Made by a program: the position numbers and the translations under genes. From Oscillospiraceae bacterium (GTDB lineage: Bacteria; Bacillota; Clostridia; Oscillospirales; Oscillospiraceae): 36,380 nt of DNA. The DNA lies in assembly GCA_902773255.1 (NCBI GenBank), contig CACYDX010000116.1, positions 1-36,380 on the forward strand. Reading direction: 5' to 3'. The notes beneath the pieces are model-generated. The model did not search any database, was not told where the DNA came from, and saw only the letters and a program-made list of their open reading frames with translations. Positions 26,059-33,782 of the stretch are shown here, piece after piece; the first letter of the stretch is position 1, and each line of letters starts with the position of its first letter.

Positions 26059-26126
26059 CACATCGAGATTATTTCTCTGTTATCAATAATTTGTTCCGTC
26101 GCTTTCTATAGAAAAGCTATAAATAT

Positions 26127-26171
26127 ATGTAAATATTACAATTTATCACCGCTCAAATGTAATATTTACAT
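26127..26171. promoter_or_regulatory. perfect 14-bp inverted repeat (candidate paired LacI-family operators)
   Basis: atgtaaatattaca (26127-26140) and tgtaatatttacat (26158-26171) are exact reverse complements separated by 17 nt. Each arm is itself a TGTAA-N3-TTACA palindrome. Confidence 0.5.
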
Positions 26172-26193
26172 TCTCGTGTCCATGTGTTATTCT
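26165..26193 (+). promoter_or_regulatory. possible promoter of the lacI-family gene, with its -35 inside the right repeat arm
   Basis: TTTACA (26165-26170), a 17-nt spacer, then TATTCT (26188-26193) preceded by TGt (extended -10). Confidence 0.35.
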
Positions 26194-26225
26194 TTTTTTA
26201 AATAGGAAGCAGGAGTTTAACCGTC

Positions 26226-27227
26226 ATGCCAAGAACGAAAAAAGCCGTTACTATTGCGGACATCGCTGAAAAATGCGGTGTGTCAACGGCAAGCGTTTCC
26301 CGCGTACTCAGCGGGAAGGGTTCATTCGTGTCCGATGAATTATACAACAGGATACTTGTTGAAGCGAAGATCAGCGGCTACCCTGTACGGACGCTGCCGG
26401 AAAAAGAAGCTCAGAGGGTCATTATTGCCTGCATTGATTCTGCAGATCCTGAATTCTATTCGCGCATAACAGAGGGTATCGCTGCGGTAACCACATCATA
26501 CCATTACTCGCTTCTTGTATGGAGATACACAGAGCTTATGCAGTATTCACCGAAAGAAATCGTCGATATCTACTCCAATATCAGGCCGGCAGGAATAATC
26601 CTGGCTATCCCCACTATCTCGTCAAAGGTGACAGAGATGGCCAAACTGTATCCGCTGGTCCAGTGCGTGGAATACAGTTCAGAAAAACTCCCCAGGGTGA
26701 CGCTTGATGAATATCAGGCTGCTCAGACGGCCATAAAGTATCTGCTTTCCATCGGGCGAAAGAGGATCGCTTTTATTCAGAAGCTGCCGGATCTGCACAG
26801 CAGTCTTGAGCGTCTGCGCGGTGTCGGCGATGCGCTGTCTGAGGCCGGACATCCGCTTGATCCTAAATACCTGATCTCCTTCAAGCAGGGCTGGTCATAT
26901 GATCTGTTTTACAGCTCGGTGGAAATGATGTTCCGCGGGAGACCACGCCCCGATGCAGTCTTTGCCGCTGATGATTTCTGCGCGGCTGCCGCGATCAGGG
27001 CTGCGACCGAGTGCGGTCTTAAGGTTCCCGGAGATGTAAGTGTGATCGGGATGGGGAATACTTCTCTGTGTACACTTTTCAATCCGTCTATTACTTCACT
27101 GACTTACCCGCTTGAGCAGATAGCTCAGATGGCCTGTGAGATCCTTTTTGACAGGATCAACCATGATATCAGATCCACCGCTCCGGTGGTATTCAATTCG
27201 GAGCTGATAATACGTGCTTCAACATAA
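26226..27227 (+). CDS. LacI family transcriptional regulator
   Basis: 333 aa. It has an N-terminal HTH (VTIADIAEKCGVSTASVSRVLSGKG) and a PBP1-type effector domain. It is divergent from the sugar ABC operon. Confidence 0.9.
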   Translation: MPRTKKAVTIADIAEKCGVSTASVSRVLSGKGSFVSDELYNRILVEAKISGYPVRTLPEKEAQRVIIACIDSADPEFYSRITEGIAAVTTSYHYSLLVWRYTELMQYSPKEIVDIYSNIRPAGIILAIPTISSKVTEMAKLYPLVQCVEYSSEKLPRVTLDEYQAAQTAIKYLLSIGRKRIAFIQKLPDLHSSLERLRGVGDALSEAGHPLDPKYLISFKQGWSYDLFYSSVEMMFRGRPRPDAVFAADDFCAAAAIRAATECGLKVPGDVSVIGMGNTSLCTLFNPSITSLTYPLEQIAQMACEILFDRINHDIRSTAPVVFNSELIIRAST

Positions 27228-27264
27228 AACGGACTTCGGAAAGTCCGGTCCGTTAAAGGTTGCA

Positions 27265-27320
27265 ATCATCAAGGCCCTCCGATACCGGAGGGCCTTGATG
27301 ATGATTTTATTATTCTTTTT
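27265..27320 (+). terminator. strong terminator after the lacI-family gene
   Basis: 17-bp perfect stem atcatcaaggccctccg (27265-27281) / cggagggccttgatgat (27286-27302) with an atac loop, followed by gattttattattcttttt. The T-rich tail overlaps the 3' end of the convergent membrane-protein gene. Confidence 0.75.
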
Positions 27321-27975
27321 GAGCCCCTGCAGTCTCCTGTTTCTTTCTGCGGAAGGTCACCGTGAGCAGGCATGCCCCGATGAACACCGCCGCGGCTCCT
27401 GCATATACAGCCGGGACGAGCAGCCGGACCTCCGGATAGAGATCTTTCAGCACCCACCCGGACATACCGACAAGCGCTCCGTAGATAACAGCTGACAGCA
27501 TGTTTTTCTTTGAAAACACCTTTTTCAGCGGGATATCCGGGAAGATCAGCTTGCATGCAGCAGCTGCAAGAGCGACAAGGATCGCCGCTATCAGCACCCA
27601 CCTTATCACGATGTTCAGCAGCGGCGGAAGCACTGCATTGAAAAGCGGCGTCAGCACTGTCATAAGCACTGTTCCCACACACCACAGTGGCAGCAGAAGA
27701 ATGATCCTTACTGCTCTCGGCATGCGGAGCAGCATATCCCTCAGCCTGTCCTTGGGTGTCTTCTTCTCATCCTCTTCCTCAACAGTCACATCCTCAGACC
27801 CATCGTCAGCAGGCGCTCTGTCAAAGGTCTCCACTATGGGAGGTGGCGGCGCATATACCTCTTCGTCTTTAACTATCTCCGCCGGATCCTTGAAGAGCCC
27901 CGATGTCATCAGTGCAGCTGCGGTCGTTATCGCCACCGCAGTCTTTTTAATATCGTTTTTCTTTTTTTCTTCCAT
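27310..27975 (-). CDS. hypothetical integral membrane protein (no family recognised)
   Basis: 221-aa ORF. It has an N-terminal hydrophobic segment, an acidic Pro-rich linker (PPPPIVETFDRAPADDGSEDVTVEEEDEKK) and about 4 predicted TM helices. An aggagc SD lies upstream. It is co-oriented with, and 35 nt downstream of, the HD gene. Confidence 0.6.
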   Translation of the reverse strand: MEEKKKNDIKKTAVAITTAAALMTSGLFKDPAEIVKDEEVYAPPPPIVETFDRAPADDGSEDVTVEEEDEKKTPKDRLRDMLLRMPRAVRIILLLPLWCVGTVLMTVLTPLFNAVLPPLLNIVIRWVLIAAILVALAAAACKLIFPDIPLKKVFSKKNMLSAVIYGALVGMSGWVLKDLYPEVRLLVPAVYAGAAAVFIGACLLTVTFRRKKQETAGAQKE

Positions 27976-28010
27976 TTCGGTCTGCTCCTGCCGGTATTAA
28001 ACATCCGGCT

Positions 28011-28604
28011 TTATTCTGTTGCTTTGATGTTTCCCTCTTCTACGTGTCTGTTTATTACCGATTCTGTATATTCGAAAAGTGTTTCCGAGCCCGGTCTCGT
28101 GCCGGAATGCCGCCCGTATACCTGGGCGTAGGTAACTCCGTGCTCTCTCCAGTCGCTGCCGCCGTTGCTGTTGTTCAGTATGAGCGGCTGCAAGTTATCC
28201 ATGGCCTTTGCAAACTTTGCCTCTGCAGTCTTTCCCTCCTCGAACTCATCGAACAGGGCGATCAGATCCTGTTTCTGATCTTCCGGGAGCAATGAGAATA
28301 TCTTTTCCTTGGCGGTGTCCTCCCGCTCTTTTTGGGAAAAGTGGCCCTCTGCATCGTAGGCATAGGTGTCGCCGGCCTCGATCTCCACAATATCGTGGAT
28401 CAGGCACATGATCATGACCTTCGATATGTCGACCGGCTCATTGGCATATTCTTTGAGCAGATATGCCATCACGGCCATATGCCATGCGTGCTCGGCGTCG
28501 TTCTCTCTTCTGCCGTGACCGCTCAGATGGGTCTGCCGCAGGATATTTTTTTCCTTATCTATAGTAACAGCGAATTCAAGCTGTTTTGCCAGTCTGTCGT
28601 CCAT
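28011..28604 (-). CDS. HD-domain phosphohydrolase (YfbR-like 5'-deoxynucleotidase family)
   Basis: 197 aa with RRENDAEHAWHMAVMA and LIHDIVEIEAGD (H...HD...D metal ligands). Confidence 0.85.
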   Translation of the reverse strand: MDDRLAKQLEFAVTIDKEKNILRQTHLSGHGRRENDAEHAWHMAVMAYLLKEYANEPVDISKVMIMCLIHDIVEIEAGDTYAYDAEGHFSQKEREDTAKEKIFSLLPEDQKQDLIALFDEFEEGKTAEAKFAKAMDNLQPLILNNSNGGSDWREHGVTYAQVYGRHSGTRPGSETLFEYTESVINRHVEEGNIKATE

Positions 28605-28627
28605 AGGTCCTCCTTTGAGGAAGGTAT

Positions 28628-29263
28628 TTATATAACAGAGTATTCTCCGGTGATCTCCGGCTTATATTTCATGCTGTCTGCCTCGGTGATCTCCCTGATG
28701 ACTCTGCAGGGGTTCCCCGCAGCAAAGCAGTTTGAGGGTATGTCCTTAGTCACTACGCTTCCCGCACCGATCACGCAGCCGTCTCCGATCGTAACTCCGG
28801 GACATACCACCACATTCGCCCCAAACCATACGTCGTTTCCGATCTTCACAGGTTTGGCATAGCAAAGATATGTCGGTTTCCCGGAAGGATCCTTCATCTC
28901 TCTGCGTTCATCCGCAAGCATCGGATGGGCAGGGGTGACTATCGTAACGTTCGGTCCGAAATTGCAGTTATCGCCTATATAAACTTCGGCGTCGTCCTGA
29001 TCGGTGAAGTTGAAGTTTATGAATCCGTTCTTCCCGATATGAGTGTGTTTTCCGTAATGGAATGTCACCGGCCCCTGGATAAAGGTCCCTTCTCCAATAT
29101 CGCCGAGTATTTCGCGAATGATCCGCTCCCGCTCTTCTGTCTGATCCTCATAGAGCGCGTTATAGTCAAGATTCAGTTTATGTGTCTTAAGCTTCTGGGC
29201 AACAAGATCCTTGTCAAATGGGCAGAAAAGCATGCCGTTTCTTCTCTTTTCGTCCTCTGTCAT
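28628..29263 (-). CDS. sugar O-acetyltransferase (maltose/galactoside acetyltransferase family)
   Basis: 211 aa with an N-terminal Mac domain (MTEDEKRRNGMLFCPFDKDLVAQ). Left-handed beta-helix hexapeptide repeats follow (IGDNCNFGPNVTIVT...IGNDVWFGANVVVCPGVTIGDGCVIGAGSVVTKDIP). Confidence 0.9.
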   Translation of the reverse strand: MTEDEKRRNGMLFCPFDKDLVAQKLKTHKLNLDYNALYEDQTEERERIIREILGDIGEGTFIQGPVTFHYGKHTHIGKNGFINFNFTDQDDAEVYIGDNCNFGPNVTIVTPAHPMLADERREMKDPSGKPTYLCYAKPVKIGNDVWFGANVVVCPGVTIGDGCVIGAGSVVTKDIPSNCFAAGNPCRVIREITEADSMKYKPEITGEYSVI

Positions 29264-29311
29264 CCCGGCCTCCGTTACAGTCGTATTCTATCATCTGTAA
29301 TGATATTTATC

Positions 29312-29341
29312 TTGATGTATTTTACCATGCTGTGCTACAAT
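29312..29341 (+). promoter_or_regulatory. possible promoter of tex
   Basis: TTGATG (29312-29317), an 18-nt spacer, then TACAAT (29336-29341) preceded by TGc (extended -10). Confidence 0.4.
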
Positions 29342-29396
29342 TGGCAACGGCTGCAAAACGGCCGTTTAATTCTGCTTTTCAGGAGATATCAGCGCA

Positions 29397-31556
29397 TTGG
29401 AATCCATAAATCAGATCCTCGCCCGGGAACTGGATAAAAGGCCCGAGCATATAGAAAATGTCATCACCCTCCTTGACGAGGGCAACACAGTCCCTTTCAT
29501 CGCAAGATACCGCAAGGAGCTTCACGGCGGCATGGACGATACGGCCCTGCGCACGCTGGTGGAGCGCCTTGAATACCTGCGTTCTCTTCAGGAGAGAAGG
29601 GACACTATAAAAAGATCTATCGAGGAGCAGGGCAAGCTCACAGATGAGCTCTCCGCCGCAATAGACGAGGCTGCGACCCTTGCCGTCCTTGAAGATATCT
29701 ACCGCCCGTATAAACCCAAGCGCCGTACTAGGGCGACCATAGCGAAGGAAAAGGGTCTTGAGCCCCTCGCCATGCAGATATTTGCTCAGGAAAAGGGGGC
29801 GCCCGCACCCGAGGAGCTTGCAGAAGGATTCATCGACAGCGAAAAAGGCGTCTCTTCAGTTGAAGACGCTCTTGCCGGCGCATCAGACATCATCGCCGAG
29901 ATGATATCCGACAACGCGGAGATCCGCCGCATACTCCGTGAGTATCTGACCGCTTCCGGGTCCATAGTTTCGCAGGCGGCTTCTGAGAAAGATTCCGTAT
30001 ACCGTTTGTATTACGACTTCACTGAGAAGATCTCGCGCATCAAAGGTCATCAGATCCTCGCTCTGAACCGCGGTGAGAAAGAAGGCTTCCTAAAGGTCTC
30101 CGTCTCGGTAGATACAGAGGCCTGTCAGCAGCGCGTGCGCAGACAGGTTATAATCCCCGGAAGTTCCTCCATGGAATTTGTCCGTGCAGCTGCCGATGAT
30201 GCATTCGACCGACTGATCTTTCCTTCACTCGAGCGCGAGATCAGGAGCACTCTGACCGATACCGCCAGTGAAGGTGCAATACATAATTTTGCTTTGAACC
30301 TCAAGCCCCTGCTCATGCAGCCTCCCGTAAAGGGAAAGGTGACGATGGGCCTTGACCCCGGATACAGGAACGGCTGCAAGGTTGCCGTGGTGGACGCGAC
30401 CGGCAAGGTGCTCGATACCTCCGTCGTATATCCCACTTTCAGTGAGGCAAAAAAACAGGAAGCCATAAAGAAACTCGCCGCACTTATCAAAAAGCACGGC
30501 GTGGAACATATAGCCATAGGCAACGGCACCGCCTCGAGAGAGACGGAACAGATGACAGTGGAACTGCTGCATGAACTGAAAGGCGGCCAGTCCTATGCCA
30601 TAGTCAATGAGGCCGGAGCCTCAGTCTATTCCGTTTCCAAGCTTGCAGCTGAAGAGTTTCCCGATTTTGACGTGAATCTGCGGTCGGCTGTTTCAATCGC
30701 CCGCAGGCTGCAGGATCCTCTTGCAGAGCTCGTTAAGATAGACCCGATGGCTATAGGCGTAGGGCAATATCAGCACGACATGCCTCAGGCAAAACTTGAG
30801 GAGACGCTGAACGGCGTGGTGGAAGACTGTGTTAATTCCGTCGGCGTGGATATAAACACCGCCTCTCCTTCTCTTCTGCAGCGGGTGTCCGGACTTACGA
30901 AGACCACTGCAAAGAATATAGTCGCTTACCGCGAGGAAAACGGTGCCTTCACAAACAGGAAGCAGATATCCAAGGTGCCGAAGCTCGGTCCGAAAGCCTT
31001 CGAGCAGTGCGCCGGCTTCCTGCGCATCCCTGAGAGCGACCAAGTGCTTGATAATACAGCAGTCCATCCCGAGAGCTATGCCGCTGCCGAAAAGCTGCTT
31101 GCGCTTTGCCGCTGCAATATGGATGACGTGCGGAGCGGCTCCCTTGGCGATCTCCGCCGCGTGACCGAAGCCATCGGCTGGGAGAAAGCCGCAGGATACT
31201 GCTCTGTAGGCGTTCCAACGCTGAAGGATATAGTCTCCGAGCTTATGAAGCCCGGCCGCGATCCACGTGATGAACTTCCTCCCGTCGTGCTCAGAACAGA
31301 TGTTCTTGATATAAAGGACCTCAAACCCGGCATGGTACTGCGCGGCACGGTAAGGAACGTTATAGATTTCGGCGTTTTCGTAGATATAGGAGTCCATCAG
31401 GACGGTCTTGTCCACATCTCAAGGATATGCGACAGGTACATACGCCATCCGAGTGAGGTGCTCTCGGTGGGCGACATAGTTACGGTCGCGGTGGTGGAGG
31501 TGGATGAGGCAAAGCACAGGATCAGCCTGACGATGAAAGGTGTAAAGGAGCAGTAA
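29397..31556 (+). CDS. tex: Tex-like transcription accessory protein (S1 RNA-binding domain protein)
   Basis: 719 aa. It has the N-terminal LLDEGNTVPFIARYRKELHGGMDD, a YqgF/RuvC-like segment MGLDPGYRNGCKVAVVDATGKVL, and a C-terminal S1 domain GMVLRGTVRNVIDFGVFVDIGVHQDGLVHISRI. The apparent start is a TTG, with an aggag SD 11 nt upstream. Confidence 0.92.
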   Translation: MESINQILARELDKRPEHIENVITLLDEGNTVPFIARYRKELHGGMDDTALRTLVERLEYLRSLQERRDTIKRSIEEQGKLTDELSAAIDEAATLAVLEDIYRPYKPKRRTRATIAKEKGLEPLAMQIFAQEKGAPAPEELAEGFIDSEKGVSSVEDALAGASDIIAEMISDNAEIRRILREYLTASGSIVSQAASEKDSVYRLYYDFTEKISRIKGHQILALNRGEKEGFLKVSVSVDTEACQQRVRRQVIIPGSSSMEFVRAAADDAFDRLIFPSLEREIRSTLTDTASEGAIHNFALNLKPLLMQPPVKGKVTMGLDPGYRNGCKVAVVDATGKVLDTSVVYPTFSEAKKQEAIKKLAALIKKHGVEHIAIGNGTASRETEQMTVELLHELKGGQSYAIVNEAGASVYSVSKLAAEEFPDFDVNLRSAVSIARRLQDPLAELVKIDPMAIGVGQYQHDMPQAKLEETLNGVVEDCVNSVGVDINTASPSLLQRVSGLTKTTAKNIVAYREENGAFTNRKQISKVPKLGPKAFEQCAGFLRIPESDQVLDNTAVHPESYAAAEKLLALCRCNMDDVRSGSLGDLRRVTEAIGWEKAAGYCSVGVPTLKDIVSELMKPGRDPRDELPPVVLRTDVLDIKDLKPGMVLRGTVRNVIDFGVFVDIGVHQDGLVHISRICDRYIRHPSEVLSVGDIVTVAVVEVDEAKHRISLTMKGVKEQ

Positions 31557-31558
31557 AA

Positions 31559-32353
31559 ATGTCACTTCCCCTTATCGCGAACTATCATACCCACACATTC
31601 CGCTGCGGACATGCGGCGGAAGCTGCCGAGCGGGAATATGTGGAAAAGGCTATAGCGTCCGGAATAAAGATCCTGGGCTTTTCAGACCATACGCCCTACC
31701 CCGGCACAGCCAATTTCCCCGGACGTCCGGGTATCCGAATGGATATATCAGAACTCGATGGCTACTGTGAGACCGTTCTTTCACTGCGCAAAGAGTACCG
31801 GGATCAGATCGAGATACATCTCGGGCTCGAGGTTGAGTATTTCCCGGCGCTGTTTTACCCGCTCATGGAGCAGCTGAAAACAAGGCCTGTAGAATACCTG
31901 CTGCTCGCCCAGCATTTCACCAATAACCAGAACGACGGTGTCCACTGCGGATTCCCCGGCAATGACGTGCTCCAGAAATATACCGAGCAGCTCATCTGCG
32001 GCATAGAGACAGGGATGTTCACCTATATCGCCCATCCTGACATAGTCAACCACGAGGGGGATCCGGACGAGTATGAACTGTGCATGAGGAAAATATGCCG
32101 GAAGGCAAACGAATACGGCCTGCCCCTTGAGATAAACATGCTGGGGCTCGGCACCGGAAGGCCTTATCCTTACAGGAGATTCTGGGAGATCGCCGCTTCC
32201 GAGGGCTGTACCGCGATAATCGGCTGCGACGCTCACAGTCCCGAGGATGTTTTCCATCAGGATCTGATAGACTCCGGCAGAGCGATAGCCTCTGAATACG
32301 GCATTACACTTATTGATACAATAAAACTTAAAGATCCCTTTCCCGGCAGATGA
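31559..32353 (+). CDS. PHP-family histidinol-phosphatase-like protein (HisJ/HisK family)
   Basis: 264 aa with ANYHTHTFRCGHA at the N-terminus and further PHP metal-ligand contexts (FSDHTP, IAHPD, GCDAHS). It starts 2 nt after the tex stop. Confidence 0.85.
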   Translation: MSLPLIANYHTHTFRCGHAAEAAEREYVEKAIASGIKILGFSDHTPYPGTANFPGRPGIRMDISELDGYCETVLSLRKEYRDQIEIHLGLEVEYFPALFYPLMEQLKTRPVEYLLLAQHFTNNQNDGVHCGFPGNDVLQKYTEQLICGIETGMFTYIAHPDIVNHEGDPDEYELCMRKICRKANEYGLPLEINMLGLGTGRPYPYRRFWEIAASEGCTAIIGCDAHSPEDVFHQDLIDSGRAIASEYGITLIDTIKLKDPFPGR

Positions 32354-32367
32354 TCATCGCAGGATAT

Positions 32368-32407
32368 AAAAGAGGAGCGGTACACGGCTGTGTGCTGCTC
32401 CTCTTTT
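32368..32407. terminator. bidirectional terminator between the convergent PHP phosphatase gene and trmO
   Basis: The outer stem aaaagaggagc / gctcctctttt has an imperfect inner extension. T-runs follow on the + strand (ttttatgttttatgtttt). Confidence 0.7.
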
Positions 32408-32412
32408 ATGTT

Positions 32413-33090
32413 TTATGTTTTCTCCGCCGAAATGACCGTAAGTCTGTTTTCTTCGACTTTGAACCTGATCTCGTATCCTGCGAATACAAAGCCGTATTCC
32501 CTGTCGCCCTGCTCCAGATACTGCGGCCGCGGGTCAAGTGAAAGAACTGTCCTCAGGGCGGCTCTTTTATTTGCGGGGATCGTTTCTTCTATCTCTTCCG
32601 GGATCTCAACCTCAAGTCTCTTGCCGGAGTCCGGCGCAAAACCGGATTCTGCATCAGGTCTGCAGTCCGCATAAGGGATATATGGCTTTATATCGTAGAT
32701 CGGGGTGCCGTCGACCATGTCCGCCCCTCCGACTACCAGCTTCGGCATGCCTTTTCCGCTGTCCTCGACCCTAAGAAGTCTCACGCATGAAAGGCCGAGC
32801 CCGTTCGGCCTGAACGGAGATCTTGTTGCAAAAACTCCCTTTCGGACATTTCCTCCCAGCCTCGGCGGCCTTACCGTGGGAGACCAGCCCTCGTTTTCCG
32901 AAAAACCCCAGATCAGCCAGAGATGGCTGAATTCCTCTATACCCCGTATAGCTTCCCTGTCCGAGTATCCCTTCTCGAATTCTATGGTTCCCTCAAGCTC
33001 CGCGGCTATCCCTGCCTGTCTCGGTACGCCGAACTTGCCCGGAAAATCTGTCCTTATCCTTGCAACAGGCTCTATTGTTATTTCATTCAT
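32413..33090 (-). CDS. trmO: tRNA (N6-threonylcarbamoyladenosine(37)-N6)-methyltransferase TrmO (TsaA family)
   Basis: It has IEPVARIRTDFPGKFGVPRQAG and FATRSPFRPNGLGLSCVRLL motifs plus the TrmO C-terminal domain. I start it at the ATG at 33090 (MNEITIEP...), which overlaps the CPBP stop as ATGA. The track ORF extends to 33162. Confidence 0.87.
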   Translation of the reverse strand: MNEITIEPVARIRTDFPGKFGVPRQAGIAAELEGTIEFEKGYSDREAIRGIEEFSHLWLIWGFSENEGWSPTVRPPRLGGNVRKGVFATRSPFRPNGLGLSCVRLLRVEDSGKGMPKLVVGGADMVDGTPIYDIKPYIPYADCRPDAESGFAPDSGKRLEVEIPEEIEETIPANKRAALRTVLSLDPRPQYLEQGDREYGFVFAGYEIRFKVEENRLTVISAEKT

Positions 33091-33782
33091 AGCGAGGCCA
33101 GTCTTTCTACAACGTTCATGGATACTGCATTTATCAGCATATGCAGAAATATCGGCGTCCATATCGTGTTAGTCTGCTCGTAGCAGCGGCACAGTATCCA
33201 TGAGACAGGAAGATACTGAATGATGAAAAGCAGATAGAGAGGATTTTCCGGAATATAGGTCCAGATATGATATATGCCGAATGCAAGCATACTCACAGCA
33301 TATGCAATGACTCTGCTCTTTCTGCGCAATGCGCCGAACAGTCCTGCTCTGAACATCAGTTCCTCCACTATCGGCGCCATAAATATTCCGGTCGCTTTTA
33401 TTATCCCAGGGCTGTCCGCTGCAAGTCCGCTCACCGCCTGGTTGTTCGGATTCATCACCAGCCCTTCACCGCTGATCAGCAGTAAAACAGCAACGAAAGC
33501 GGCATTGAAGAAGATAGTGGCAACATATGATCCCGCCACCTGCAGCAGGCAGAAAAAGGGCCTTTCACAGAGCGGATCGAATTCTCTCCTGAGAAATCTC
33601 CCCAAAAGAGCAAACATATAGACCACGCCCACAGCATAGAGCACAAGATTCGCCGCTGTCACATCCAGCCGACCCGCTCTGCACAGCAGACGGAGTATCT
33701 GCGGCAGGATGATGACATGAACCGGTATCCAGGCAAGCGCAGCTATGGTCTCGCTTTTTGTCAGTCTGCTGGTGAAATTCAT
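33087..33782 (-). CDS. CPBP family intramembrane glutamic endopeptidase (CAAX protease-like)
   Basis: 231-aa polytopic protein with the three CPBP motifs: IVEELMFRAG (EExxxR), FGIYHIW (FxxxH) and FLHMLINAV (HxxxN). Confidence 0.85.
   Translation of the reverse strand: MNFTSRLTKSETIAALAWIPVHVIILPQILRLLCRAGRLDVTAANLVLYAVGVVYMFALLGRFLRREFDPLCERPFFCLLQVAGSYVATIFFNAAFVAVLLLISGEGLVMNPNNQAVSGLAADSPGIIKATGIFMAPIVEELMFRAGLFGALRRKSRVIAYAVSMLAFGIYHIWTYIPENPLYLLFIIQYLPVSWILCRCYEQTNTIWTPIFLHMLINAVSMNVVERLASL

Noticed and set aside
22426-27227. An impression that the sugar ABC/LacI cluster is more AT-rich than its surroundings, which would suggest an acquired island.
   Set aside because: Hand counts of a few 60-nt samples were inconsistent. 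The ATPase gene looked AT-richer, the binding-protein gene looked GC-rich, and a tex sample was similar to the ATPase. No integrase, tRNA, direct repeats or other island boundaries are present. A sliding-window GC and codon-usage calculation is needed before making any claim.
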